Program-made: the position numbers and the translations under genes
Shown here: positions 12,173 through 24,845 of the stretch, one piece after another
Position numbering within the stretch: the stretch's first letter is position 1
Layout of the letters: each line of letters opens with the position of its first letter
Notes under the pieces: generated by a model
Database searches by the model: none
What the model was told of the DNA's origin: nothing
What the model saw: the letters and a program-made list of their open reading frames with translations, nothing else
Assembly (NCBI GenBank): GCA_013265495.1
Contig: MU058213.1
Coordinates: 6,898,066 to 6,962,065, forward strand
Length of the DNA: 64,000 nucleotides
Source of the DNA: Vicugna vicugna
Taxonomy: Eukaryota
Reading direction: 5' to 3'

Positions 12173-13353
12173 TAACCAAGGGCTTATAAATACATTCCAA
12201 TAAGTGTCCGTGGAGCAGTAAATTTAGGAACAATTGTTGGAGGTGAACTCAGTAATTCCTGAACAATAAATTCAGAAAAGCATCACACCTTAAGAGAAGC
12301 ATAAGACCCAAGCAAAAAAGACTGCTTAGTAACATATCTATAAACACACGAGCACAGACAGGTGCACATATGCAAAATGGATTTACATGTTTCTACGGAA
12401 ACTGCCAAAAAATTTTTCTATAGAACAAGACACAGTCACTAGAAACCAATGATACAATTTCAGTATTACTAGTTATAGTATGTAAAAGGTCACTGAGCTT
12501 ACCTCTGTTGAAGGTGCTGTCTCTGTTGTTTTATTTAGCTTAGTAAATATAACACTGTTTGACAGTTCATAGATTTGCTTCCTCTCTTGGCTCCCCAATC
12601 ATATTTTCCCCCTTAGGTGCCAAGTTACTTAATTCCAAATTTTCTTACAATAGCAATTATCAGGATCCAAACCCCTACGCTGCAGAGAGACTTATGTATT
12701 CCTTTCTAAGCCTTATAACAAATGACATCTGAATTTATTCTCACTTGTTCTTAAAACAAATATCTGAATGAGTATCTCCAATGTTGGAGTTCATGATCCT
12801 TCCATTTGTACAGCTTCGAGTGAGAGTTCATGCTGGCAAGATTTCATCTCTCCTCAACCCCTTGAGATAGTAGACAATGTCACTATTATTTCCTTTTACC
12901 AAGTATAAATTAGATTAAATAATATCCATAAAAGCAAATGTAAGGGAATAGCAAAACAGATCAAAGAAAGCAATAGGAAGGAATTAATCAAGATGAGGAA
13001 CAATTTATGAACTAGAAAAGAAATATACAATAGAGAAGATCAATAAACAGGAGTTGGTCATTTGAATGGCCAATGTCAATAAAATTGACAAGTCACAAAT
13101 GTGACTGATCAAGAAAAAGAAAAGGTATAAATAGACCACATGAGGATAAAAAAAGGGGACATCAGATAATTAACAGAGAATGAGAATATTATGAGCTACT
13201 TTGGGCCTATATATTGGATAATTTATATTAGTGGACACATCCCCAGCTTATATGAAACTAATATAACTTTGATTCTAATATTTCATAAGGACCAAGAGAT
13301 AAGAAAGTTAAATCATGGCCAAACTCATTAAAAACGCTGATGCAAAAATTCTT

Positions 13354-14046
13354 TTTTTTCCAGTTTTATTAAGTAGAATTATTATAGTTTGACCACACAT
13401 ACCCATTATATTTCATGTAAATACATATAAAGAGTATACTGCACATTTTTTTAGCTTTCATATATGTATTAATTATTGTCTCTAAGAACAGATTAGATCT
13501 TTAGCTTTTTAAACTTACATAGTTATCAATGGAATAAAGCCAACTATGAAATAATAATCAGCAGAATGCAGTAATTCAATCATAAAGGACAGACAAATGT
13601 GCTTACACATATCCAAGAAATCAAAATAATAATTAGTTCATTTGTGTCCTTATTATTATTGTTATTATTTTTTAGATTCTTCATATAAATGATGTCATAT
13701 GGCATTTTTCCTTCTCTTTCCAGCCCACTTTACTTTGAATAACAGTCTTCAGGTCCATCCATATTGCTGAAAATGGCATTATTTTATTCTTTTTCACGGA
13801 TGAGTAGTGTTCCATTATACATATGTACCACATCTTCTCTATCCAGTCATCCGTTGATGGACATTTGGGTTGTTTCCATGTCTTGGCTATTGTAAATAGT
13901 GCTGCTATGAACACTGGGGTGCATGTGTCTTTTTGAATTTTATTTTTCTCTGGATATACACCCAGGAGTGGGTTTGCTGGATCATGTGGTAGGTCTATTT
14001 TCAGTTTTTTTTTTAAGGAACCTCCATACTGCCCTTCATAGTGGCA
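13354..14046 (-). mobile_element. L1 insertion with non-standard 3' segment and poly(A)
   Basis: ORF2 C-terminus '[24 protein letters not shown]' (13681-13914); poly(T) at 13352-13359; TSD CTGATGC(A/G)AAAATTCTT at 13337-13353 / 14047-14063. Confidence 0.85.
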
Positions 14047-15777
14047 CTGATGCGAAAATTCTTAGGAAATTATTTGTAAGAAAAAATCCAACAGTGTTTG
14101 AAGAGGATAATGATGCATTATAATCAAGTGAGGTTAATACCAGTTTGCAAACTTAACATTTGATAATCAAAGGAATTCTCAGCAAGCTAGAATTAGGAGG
14201 GAAATTCCTTCACCTGACAAGGGATGTCTATAAAAATCCTAGAACAAATGTCATATTTAATGGTAAAATGTTGAAATCTTTCCCTTTGAAATTGAGAAAC
14301 AGTTGAGGGTGATTGCTATGACCGCTTCCATTAAATCTTGTACTGGAGGCCCTAGATAATACAGCCAGAATGGAAGTTTTTAAAGGGATTAGAAAGGAAG
14401 AAATAAAGCTCACTGTTTGTAAATAATATGATTGTGTAAACAGAAAAATAATTTTAAATCTACAGAAATAAATTATTCTAATAAATTATTAGAATTAACA
14501 TAAATGTGGGAAGTTCTTACATAAAAATCAATATACAAAAAACAATTGAGAGAGATCAATAAAGATTTTAATATTTAAGGGGATATGCCATATTCATGGG
14601 TTGGAGGCCTCAATAATGTCAAATTAATTAATTCTGTCTAAATTTACTTACAGATTTAACTGTATCCCAGTTCAAATCTCAACAACTTACTCTGGAATAA
14701 GTCAAGAACATAAAATTCGTATGGAAATGCTAAAGGCTTCAAGAATCCAAGACACTTTTGAAAAAGAATTATTGGGATGTCTTGCTATGTCAGGCACTAA
14801 TACATTATAAAGCTATAATAATCAAGATATCGTGGAACTGGTGCAGAGATAAACAAACAGACCAATGGAAGAAACTAGAAAGCACCAAAACAGACCCTTA
14901 CATGTATGGACACGTGACACATGACAGAGGTAGCAAAGCAGAGCAGTAGAAAAAGAACATGTTTTTCAATTAATGATACTGAAACTGGATGTTCATATGT
15001 GAAAAATTGTATGGATTCCTATCTCATACAATATGCAAATAATAATTATGAATGGATTAAAAAACTAAATGTAGAAGACAAAGCTACAAAGATTTTATGA
15101 GGTAATACAGGAAAATGTATTGAGTATGTCAACATAGAAAAGGATTTCTTAATCAAGACACTTAACAAATACTAACCATAAAGGAAAACGTCATAAATTC
15201 TACCACATTGAAATATTTACCAAAGACAACATAAAAAAACCTGAAAAGATGGTTTTTGCCATAAAATGGGTAAAGATAACCACCAACATATAAAACCAAT
15301 GATGACCTCATATCCAGAAAATACAAAGAAATCCTATACACCACAGGAAAAAGACACTCCCAGAGAAAACTGGATAGGAACCTCACTGGCCTCACAGGAA
15401 ATCCAAATGGCCAGTAAAGACATGAGCATACGGATCATACCAGTTATTAAGCAAATGCAAATTTTACATCACAGTGAGAAATTACTATACTCCTTCCAGT
15501 TTGGCAGAAGGTAAAAATTCCACTCATACCAAGCACTGACAAAGATGTAGAGTACAGGAACTCCAACACACTGCTGATGAGAATGTCAACTGGTCAACCA
15601 TTATGGAAATACCTTGGCATTATCTCAGAAAGTTACAGATATGCATAGTCTTTGACCCAGGAGCTCCACTCCCAAGTATATACCCTGAAGAAATGCAGGC
15701 TATATACAGCAAGATATGCATTCAAGACTGTTCACAGCAGCATTGTGCATAATTGCCAAAAATGGAAACAATTCTAC

Positions 15778-16190
15778 ATTAGTTAAGGTGGCTGCTATGA
15801 CAATAACCAATGAAATCTCAGGGACGGCTTGATAATATAAAAGTTTATTCCTTCCTCTCATACTAGCTCAATGTGGGTGTTCCTGGTCAGGGGCTTTCTT
15901 GGACAGCTCTCATCCTAATGGTGACCTAGGAACCCCCAGCGTTTATCTACCTTGTGACTCTACCACCTTCCACACACAGCTCCCGTGGGCACCCACAGGT
16001 CAACTCTGGTCTAGATGGATAGGTAGGATCAGGGCAGATCATACGTGGGAGGTTCTTATGAACCAGGCCAGAACCCATATCCATATCTTACCAGAAGGGA
16101 GGCTGGGAATTGTAGTCCAGATGTTCCCAGGGAAGTAGAAGTACTCAGAAGAAAACAAGGGTGGCGCTTTGCTATGAATCTCTGCCACAA
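15778..16190 (-). mobile_element. Old MLT1 (MLT1J/K/L-like) LTR nested in L1
   Basis: 'ggctgctatgacaataacc...aaatctcag...aaagtttatt...gaggctgggaattgtagtc' MLT1 motifs. Confidence 0.6.
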
Positions 16191-19100
16191 ACTGAAATAT
16201 CCCTCAAAAACAGGATGGATAAATTGTGATATATTCATACAACGGGATGCAATCTGGCAATGGAAGTGAACAAACTACCCCTACACACAGCCACGTGAAT
16301 GAATCTAACAAAAATAATGTGGAACAAAGGAATCCAGACCCAAAAGATACTTAGAATGTGGTTTCATTTCTATCTCTATCTATATAAATATATACAGTTC
16401 AAAATAAACAAAAACTGAACTACATAATTTAGGGAGTACACATAGCTAATAAAAGTAGAAAGAAAAGCAAGAGAATTGTTATAAAAACAGTTGGGATAAT
16501 GCCTCTGGGGGAAGGAGGAATTCATGGTTGAGAAGGCAGACTGCAGTGGTTATATAGGGGTTTATGCTCTTTTCCTCACATGCATCACATTTTACATCCA
16601 CGATGTAAGTTCAAAACACCACATGTGTTTTCTACCTTAGCATAAGAGAAACATGCTATTTGGTACAGAGAAAAGCACTTTCCCTGAGGCTGGAACACTA
16701 TTGCCCTCTAGCAAGCCAAGCTCCACTGTCTCCACTCCTAGAAACTGAACACCATCCAGACCTCATTTTCTCTGATTTACCATTTCGAAGAGGAAGAAAA
16801 ATCTGTGCTACCATTTGACATAATTGCCAAACACCCAATTTTGTCCCTGTAGGTCACTACGTAAATGCTATTATCTGCTGTTGTCTCCTGTAATTACTAC
16901 CCCTTTCCTGAGTTGATGAACAGTGTTATCTGCAATCCTCTAGTTCTGCAGTTACCAAATGCCATTTTGTGACCAGCGTTACTACTCCTCTCATGATCTC
17001 TTTATCTCTGTTTCCTATGGTAACTTGTAAATTCCAGTGACTCATATCTCTCTTGTTCCAGACACTTAACTTTCAAATCTGTATTTTCCACTCTCCAGTG
17101 CACAATTGGTTTTATATTCTGTTGCGTCTCCCTTTCATCATCCTTGAGTTCTACAGCTGGGAAAAGCTTTCGTCCCGTTACCCAGCCCTGAACACCTTTG
17201 TTTTTCCATTTCACACACTCAGGGATCCATTCTCCGACACTGACTCAAACACTTGGCTTTTGAAGGTAGATAATTTGAAGTATTCCCATGTCTCTCGCCT
17301 TGCATAAAAGGCATTTGTCCCGGTGTCCTTCAGCAGAAACTTTTCTCTGCCTCCTACTGAGATATCCAAAGGGTTGGTTGGCTTCCAGCCCTGGGTTCCA
17401 GTGATGGTGGCATTTTAGTGGCAAGATTCCCACTACCTCTTGATCGTGAAATGGATTGGAATGAAAGGTTCAGTGCAATGGAAGTAAGGCAAGGATCCTG
17501 GAGTTGCTTCCCCATGGTTTCATCCCGAAAAAGCCCCAACTGCATCATTCTGCTAACTTGTCAGCCCCAAGGTTCAACCAGGTTCTACAAAAGTGGGGCC
17601 TGGAAGGTCTTTTTTTTCCTCTTTCTTATTTATAGTAGCAACTGCTTTTTCTCTTTTACTCACCCGCAGGAGGAATATCTATTTGTGACAGCAGCCTAAG
17701 AGGGAAACATTTTGGGGGGTATTTCTTTTCTGTTTTCCCTTCCTGAGTCAAATGAAGGAGGCCTGAAAGCTGGTTTTCAGGCTGTGCAGAGTTGAACTCT
17801 GACTGTGTTGGTGCAATTTATAGGTACGCTCTCAGAATTATCTCTTTCAAGGAAAAGAGCCAGTGGTAGAACTAACACTCATAAACCTAATAGTAAATAA
17901 ATGAGCAGGCCCAGAAGTTGTGAAACAATACAGAAATCATCAAATCAGATGTAATTTACTATTTGCTATTTTCCAATAGTTTGTCATATGACTGGGCTAC
18001 TGTTCATTTCAAGGGTTTCACCTTTAGATTCAAGGTTCCTAGTCAGGCAGATGTTGTTCAGGGCATTTTGGGAGAAGAATCACTTTGCAGTTAAGTGTGA
18101 TTTTATGCAGGGCTTCCCCACAGCTGGCCCCTCCCCCACCTCTTTCTATTGTAAATTACCTGAGACCAGCCTATGGTAAAGAATTGGGGGCTGTTTTGAC
18201 TTTAAAATAAGTCTTTTTTTTTTTAATGGCACTTACTGTTTTCAGAAACAAATTGCCAAAAATCAATTCAATCTAAAATGTTCCAGTTTAGTACTTTGGG
18301 CATTTCCAAAGATAATTTAAAATGTCAGAGCTGTTTGAAAAAAAAAAGCCAGATTCAAAACTGTGCCAATTTAAAAAAAAAAAAAGGAAGAACTGTGTTG
18401 CACCTACAGATTTCAAGCATTAAAATGACATGATTTTTAATCCTTCCCATGTTAGCATCTTTTGTTTATGCATGACTTAAATGAAAAAAAATTATTTTTA
18501 TATCCTATATAATGAAAATATTTTCCATGGAAAAATATGAACATTTCCCACTAACAGAATGTAGTGATTATATATTGTATAAAGATTTATCTAACTTATC
18601 AGATATTTGGCATTTTAACAGTGCTCTGAATCCTCAAAGATTGCTTGAAGGCAAAGTAATTTTAAAAGAATTGTTTAAGTAATAATTAGAATATCCTTGT
18701 GGAAAATTTTTAAAAAGAACTACCCCCTACTCAAACCATATAACTTTTTAAAGAAGTGTTTTCTTTATAAAGGAGGATAAATAGGATTATTTAAATGATG
18801 TTTCATACATCAGCTACAGTCAGGAAACGATAAATCAAGGCTACCACCCATCAGATTCTCAAATGAGGCACACACACATACACATATTTAACCGATATGC
18901 TGGCAATTCTCACTTTAAATTGTCTGGATTTTCCTGGCTCATCTTACATGTTGAATAATAATATAAAGTGTTTTGAGTGGCAATTGCTACTTTACATTAA
19001 TGGTTGATTCCTTGTACAAATAATGCTTTTTAGGAAGTCTTACTATTTAAAGGGGGAAAAGGGTTGAAGGAAGAACATTCACTTTTTTCCTTATGTTCTT

Positions 19101-19799
19101 CTAAAAGCGTGCTGTCTGATTTTTAAAAAAAGTTAAAGATGTCCTAAAATACAATAAATCGTAAAATAAAATTTAAATATCAGTAGGGTATTTGAGGGTT
19201 GGGGAAGGGAATACGTGGGTAGGGCTGAGGTGGGGGAGGGGAAAAGGCTTAGCGGCTGGTCTTCCTTCAGAGAAATAAGGCAGGTTGGTATATTTTTCAT
19301 GCTCCCCCAAAACCTCCAGCTTCTGCTCACCAGCAACCCCAGAATACAGAATTTCTCCTCTCTGATCCCCACATCCAGTGCTCTTGTTCCTCCCATCCTG
19401 CGTGTTGGTGCAACCAGCTCGGGGTTGTGCCCTAAATACTGGAAAGTCACAAATCACTGGTTCAAATGGACCCGCTTCTTCAAAGGACAGAGTGGGGAGT
19501 GGTGAGGGAAGAAGGAGGAGAGATGCTTAAAGTGATTTACGACCCCCCTAGGAGAGAGATTTTGGCACCTGGACCATTATGCTGGGACAAGGATCTGGCA
19601 AGTAACAAGGGACATTGAAATGTACGAGGGGCCCATGAGGATGGTTCAGTCTTCCCCGGATTAGTCAGGCATTTGATATAAACAAGTAAACAACAAAATC
19701 ACCTCCATCACAGCCCAAAACGTCTCTTTCCTCTTTCACTCTCTCTTTCCTTTTTTTTTTTTTTCCAAAGAGTGAAAGGGACTAGAGGTTAGAAAAAAG

Positions 19800-20170
19800 A
19801 GGTCTTGTGTATTCAAAGTGCTAATTCAGAACTTCTTTCTCTAATGCACTCATGAAACATTTTAATTGTCTGACTTTGCATTCAAAAGCCTTGTTTGCAA
19901 CTCCTAATTGCAGGCTGCTTTGAACAAATAATTGAAATGCATGACTTGTGGGGCCTGCTTAAACAATTATAATGTGCTTTGCTGCTAGGTGCCGGTCCCC
20001 CTCCCACCGCCGTCCCTTTTTGCATAATGACGAGCAGCCGGCTTGATATTTGCAGGCAAGTTAAAACCTTGCTAATTTGCCGCACTGCAATCTGGGGTGG
20101 TGGCAGTGGCCGTACCTGCATTAGTGCTTGCCACAGCAAAAATGGCTCTAATAGTTCAACCGAATGTTAA
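19800..20170. promoter_or_regulatory. Candidate conserved non-coding element (enhancer-like)
   Basis: Repeat-free, retains CpGs, dense TAAT/ATTA, TCF-type CTTTGAA (19812-19818 reverse, 19918-19924), POU-like TTTGCATAAT (about 20019-20028). Confidence 0.45.
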
Positions 20171-20584
20171 GAAGACCTTTTCATTTTCTGCTGAGAGAAA
20201 TCCCATGGGGTTTTGTTTTCAAAATACAAATCTTTCACGTGCCTGTTAGTTTTGTATCTACACACAATTTATGGAGCTATTTCCTTGAAAGTGTTCCCCC
20301 ACCTGATTTTAGCACTGTCTTCAACAAATAGGTTCCTTCTTTCCAGGGGGCTCAGGTTTAGAAAAGGAACAGAACTACCCAGATCCCAGGACCGCCCCAA
20401 GACAGGCTACAACCAGCGGCTGAGGACCACACACAGGGGCGCTGCTTCTGAAAAGGGACTGTGACTCTTGCGTTTAGGGTCTAGAACACGGCGCCAGATG
20501 TGCCCCCATCTAGCCTCCCTGTCAGGAGTCAGAGGCTTCAGGAAACTAAGATTGTGTCCCCTCGTGTTCTGAACATTGAAATTT

Positions 20585-20858
20585 TGTTTTTATTTATTGA
20601 AATTAAAGCAAAATATATATAACACAAAATTTACTATCTTCACTCTTTTTAAGTGTCCAGTTCAGTGGCGTTAAGTACATTCACATTGTTGTGTGACCAT
20701 CACCACCATCCATCCACAGATCTCTTTTCATCTTGCAAAACCGAAACTCTGTACTCGTTAAACTGTAACGTCCCATTCCTTCCCCCGCCCCCCACTCCCT
20801 CCAAGCCCCTGACAGTCACCTTTTTATTTTGTGGCTCTGTGAATCTGACTACTCTAGA
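20585..20858 (-). mobile_element. L1MB-type 3' end
   Basis: 'acaaaatttactatc...agttcagtggcgttaagtacattcacattgttgtg...tctgtgaatctgactactctag'. Confidence 0.85.
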
Positions 20859-21189
20859 TTGAGCATTTTTTTTAAAAATCTTACAAGTTTAAGACTAAAA
20901 AGATAAGCATTTTACTCTTTACGATTCCTTCTATTGGAATTATCTGGTTCAGTAATTCGCAATTCTCAAATTACCTTATTTATTTCTGTTTAAGATGTTG
21001 GGTGGGGGAATGCTTAGCAGATTGAAAAAGTAGATTGAAAAATTCACTATATTAAGACCTCAATTCTGCCTCCTAAGAAGAGCACTAAAGATGACTTCTT
21101 TGTTCCCAGGTACTTCTCAGATGCCCCAGTGGTCTTGGCAGGTGATTACAGTCAGAGGAGGGAGCCTCCAGGCACCGTGCTTTCTGTTT

Positions 21190-21350
21190 CACTAGTTCTA
21201 AGTGCTCACAGTGACCTGTGAGATCGGTATTGTCTCTCTTTCACAAATGGGGAGATGAAGCTCAGAAAAGCTGGGTGTGTTGCCCAAAGTCACACAGCGA
21301 CTCTGTAGGGAGACTGGGATTCAAGCCCAGTCACTGGGACTCAAAAGTTC
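21190..21350 (-). mobile_element. MIR SINE
   Basis: 'ttcacaaatggggagatgaagctcaga...tgcccaaagtcacacagc...gggattcaagcccag'. Confidence 0.7.
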
Positions 21351-22237
21351 TTTTCAAGTCACTGAGCAGCACAGCAGGAATGATCTACAGGAAGTGGTGC
21401 TTCAAAGACACTGGCTGTTTGGCCAGGGGAGCAGGGATTAACACCAGCTCGTCCCAGGACACAGGTGTAACACGTGTGCGGGACTGAGAGAGGGGAATTC
21501 CTCATCATTGTTATGAATACCCCACATCCTGCCTGCACTAGGCTGCACCCAGCAGGTGGTATTAGAACCCTCGTTGAGAATCTCTGGCCTAATGTTTCTT
21601 GGTCTTAATCTCCAGAGAAGAGACCAAAGATTCTCTTCATAACCCACTTTTGAGCTAGGAAAGCCATTCATCCCAGGAACAAAAGCTGGCCTTTACTGAG
21701 TGATTACCATGCACCACGCTTTGTGTGTGTTGCCTGCAAACGCAGGCAGCCGTGCTCTCAAGTTCACACACTTATCACTACCTAGACAAGTTCTCCTAAC
21801 ATAAAACACAAGTAAAGGTGCAGAGCGCCATGCAACCCTGAACCTTCTGTGCAGAGCCTGTGCATGTGACCACTGGGATATGCTACCCCAAATGAGAGAT
21901 GCTCTTTTATGTAATGGGTAGACTGAGCAGTCTGAAGTACATATTTGGGTCTTTCAAATTGTATAGCAATGAAAGAAACCATCAGCTTTGCTTTTCAAGT
22001 CTCTCCAGGCATCCACTAGAAAACAGAACTATAGGACCAAAAAAATTTTTTTAAATATGACCAGCCCCTACCTTGGTTGAGAACTTCTGTTTGAGTCATC
22101 TTGTTGGCTGAAGCACCACCTCCAATGTCCTTCTGCTCCCTAGAAGCCCAAATAAAAAAATTCAAATGTGTGCCCTGAAAAATCAGACGATGTAGACATT
22201 TATTACAGATTTCTCCAGAAAGGATTCATTCACAGTA

Positions 22238-22450
22238 CCATAGTGAAGAGCCCCGACTTTGAAGCCTGAAAACTCAGGTTCAAATCCTGTGTCTGTCATT
22301 TATTAGCCATGTGATTTGGGGCAAGTTACTTAACTTTTCTGGGCCTCAGTTTCCTCACTTGTAAAATCGGAATAACAACAGTACCTGCATCAAAGAGGGA
22401 GCTGAAAGGGTCACGTGAGTTAAGCACTGAACAAACAGTACCTACTGTTA
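22238..22450 (+). mobile_element. MIR SINE
   Basis: 'ggttcaaatcc...tgtgatttggggcaagttacttaacttttctgggcctcagtttcctcacttgtaaaatcgg'. Confidence 0.85.
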
Positions 22451-23289
22451 TAAGCTGACATGTAATAGGGCTTCACAATTTTCTTGTCAGAAACATTTCA
22501 CCAGATTTTAATCAAGCTTTTGCTTCTACTGGCAGGGCCTTAAACCCTACAAGAGGTAGAAGAATAAGATAAAAGATACAGGAGGAAAACATTCAGTTTC
22601 CGAATTGTGATACTGTCCACAGGACAAGAGGCCGGTATCTTCCTATTGGTTATTCTCCAACTATAATGAGTCTTCCAATCAGTCTAATGCATCCACATCT
22701 GCTACATGCCCACTGGTCATCACCGTAAGCCTGGGCACAGCAGGTCTCAGGCCCATTTCGTGGAGCGGGAACTGATGCTCTGCCCAGGGAAGAAAGCCAA
22801 CTGCCTCGCCCCAACCTCACAGCTGGTTAAGTACTGAGGGGAGAACACAGCATCCTTCCCCCGGCATCTGTTTTTCTCAACTCCCCTTCTTCACCTCTGC
22901 CCCACCCCACCCCAACTACTGTGCCTCAGACGCTGAGATCATTTTGATTTGGTTTTTGGAACTGCTGTTAGGAGAGCAGCTGAAACAAATCAAACACAGA
23001 AAAACTGAAACCCACCCCACATCTTGGGTCTGATCTACCTTTTTGTAGATTTGAGTCATTGGCTACCACCTGCTGAACTAGCTACCTGACGGCATCCTTG
23101 GGGGGCCAGGGCTGACTCAATTTGCCCTATCTGTCTGGTGAAGGAGGACACATTCAAAGGCAAACCTGCTCACTCAGCAGTTTGCTCTTGATTATTCACT
23201 CAGACTTTCAGGACTTACTTCATAAGTGTTACTGGAAGAATCCGATTCTGTGAATGTGGCCCTCTTGGCCCAGCACCTACTCCAATACC

Positions 23290-24845
23290 AGATGCAGCCA
23301 AGGTTTTAGACGTGTTTTTTTCATCATTTTTCATCTTCAAATATCGACCCAACCTGAAGGGATATCCATAGAGTTGGGAAATCTAAGTATCAAAGTGAAT
23401 AGCTGACTATAGTGGATGGAAGCACAGTGAATACCTAAAAATCCAGGAGTCTATAATAACACTCGAAAAAGAGAAAGCAGACAAACGAATCCCCATCTGT
23501 TACTTATGGAGTAGGCTATGACACCACCCGTTTCCTAAGAAAACTGTAAATAACTATTTTAGGGTAACCATTAAAACCTCGTTGACGAGGTATGGTCTTC
23601 TTTATGGATAATTATTGTTAGTAAATGGAGAAGACATGATAAAATTAGAAAAAAAGAATCAACATTTTAGAATCCATAAAGAAATAATAGATTCAACCAA
23701 GGATCATCTATGGACAATAGGGTCGATGGGGAACTGAATTCACACAAAGTACTACACCCCACAACACACATACAGACACACAGACACACACACACACACA
23801 CACACCAGATTCCCCACTAGTCATAAGCGGAAAACGTGTGGCATCAGGCTGTGACATAAAGTCACGATTCTTAGCACTACAAAAGCAGGATGGCCAGATG
23901 GTATGTACCTCTTGCAATATAAAGTACACAACACCACCTATGAAGTATTCTCATGAAAAATATTTCACCCACAGCTGGTCACTGCCTTTAGACACATGAA
24001 ATAAAGGAGGTAGAAAAACAAGATAAATGTCATCACAAGAGGAAAAAAATTCAGACAATTCAAGAATTATGATACATTCTACCGGTCTTGTATCGCCAAT
24101 AAATCAATGTCATGAAAATAGAGAAGAAACAAAGAGCTGGATCCTAGCATAGGTAAGAGTTAGAATTATGGAATTCTATCATTTTCTGGAAGCTGACTTT
24201 CTTTCTAGAACAGTGCCCATGGCAAGAAACATGCCATACTGGGCACTCAATACATATTTGTTAAATGAAAGAATGAAGAAGTAAGCGAATGAATTCTATA
24301 GATTCACTCAAAGAAGCTCAGAGGACTGAATGCAGTGCTCAAGGACAGGCAGCTGGTCAGAGGCAGAGCTGGGACGAAAACTGGATCAAAGCCTCTTTCC
24401 ATAATCCGTTATTTCTGTCTTCTCATGTAAAATTGAGTTCTAGATTTTTAGAAACCTTGAGAGACACAGCAACCAAATGTGGTTCCCAGTTGGATCCCGG
24501 TTTGAATAAACCAGTTCAAAAGCACATTTTGAAGACAACTGAGAAATTGAACAGGGACTGGTGGCTAGATGACATAGAGGCACTTCTGACGACTGTGTCA
24601 GATGAGATAACGGCGTTGTGGTTACACAGGAAGTGGTCTGTCCTTATCGTCTGGAGATGCATACCAACATTTTTCAGGGTAAAAGTCATGACACCGTACT
24701 TCTCTTTAAAATACTCCAGCACAAAGAAATTGGTGGAGTGTTAATGGTAATATGTTAATAACTGGAACTAATAAATCTAGAAAATGGGTACGTGGGTATT
24801 TATTAGGCAATTCTTTCATTTATTTGAAAACGTTCATAATAAGAC
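23290..24845 (+). mobile_element. Old L1 (L1MC/L1ME-like) 3' UTR fragments with a CA tract and small L2/MIR inserts
   Basis: 'accacctatgaagtattc', 'gagagacacagcaaccaaatgt...gactggtggctagatgacat' L1M 3' UTR motifs; CA-rich tract at about 23760-23805. Confidence 0.55.

Larger units (their letters stand above)
12900..16620 (+). mobile_element. Old fragmented L1 (L1M-type) ORF2 and 3' UTR, interrupted by younger insertions
   Basis: Decayed ORF2 peptides (e.g. 'HYKAIIIKISWNWCRDKQTDQW', 14758-14949) with many stops; L1M-type 3' UTR at 16190-16600. Confidence 0.85.

Noticed and set aside
12503..12679. Exon-like 177-nt segment on the minus strand (tctctctgcAG acceptor, GAG/GTAAGC donor)
   Set aside because: Stop codons in all three frames and no partner exons identified; at most a non-coding exon, which needs RNA-seq support
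16695..16716. CTCF-like motifs (also near 20428-20444 and 56091-56107)
   Set aside because: Each has mismatches at core positions; cannot be called without PWM scoring or ChIP data
24289..24744. 151-aa ORF
   Set aside because: Spans MIR and L1 3' UTR remnants
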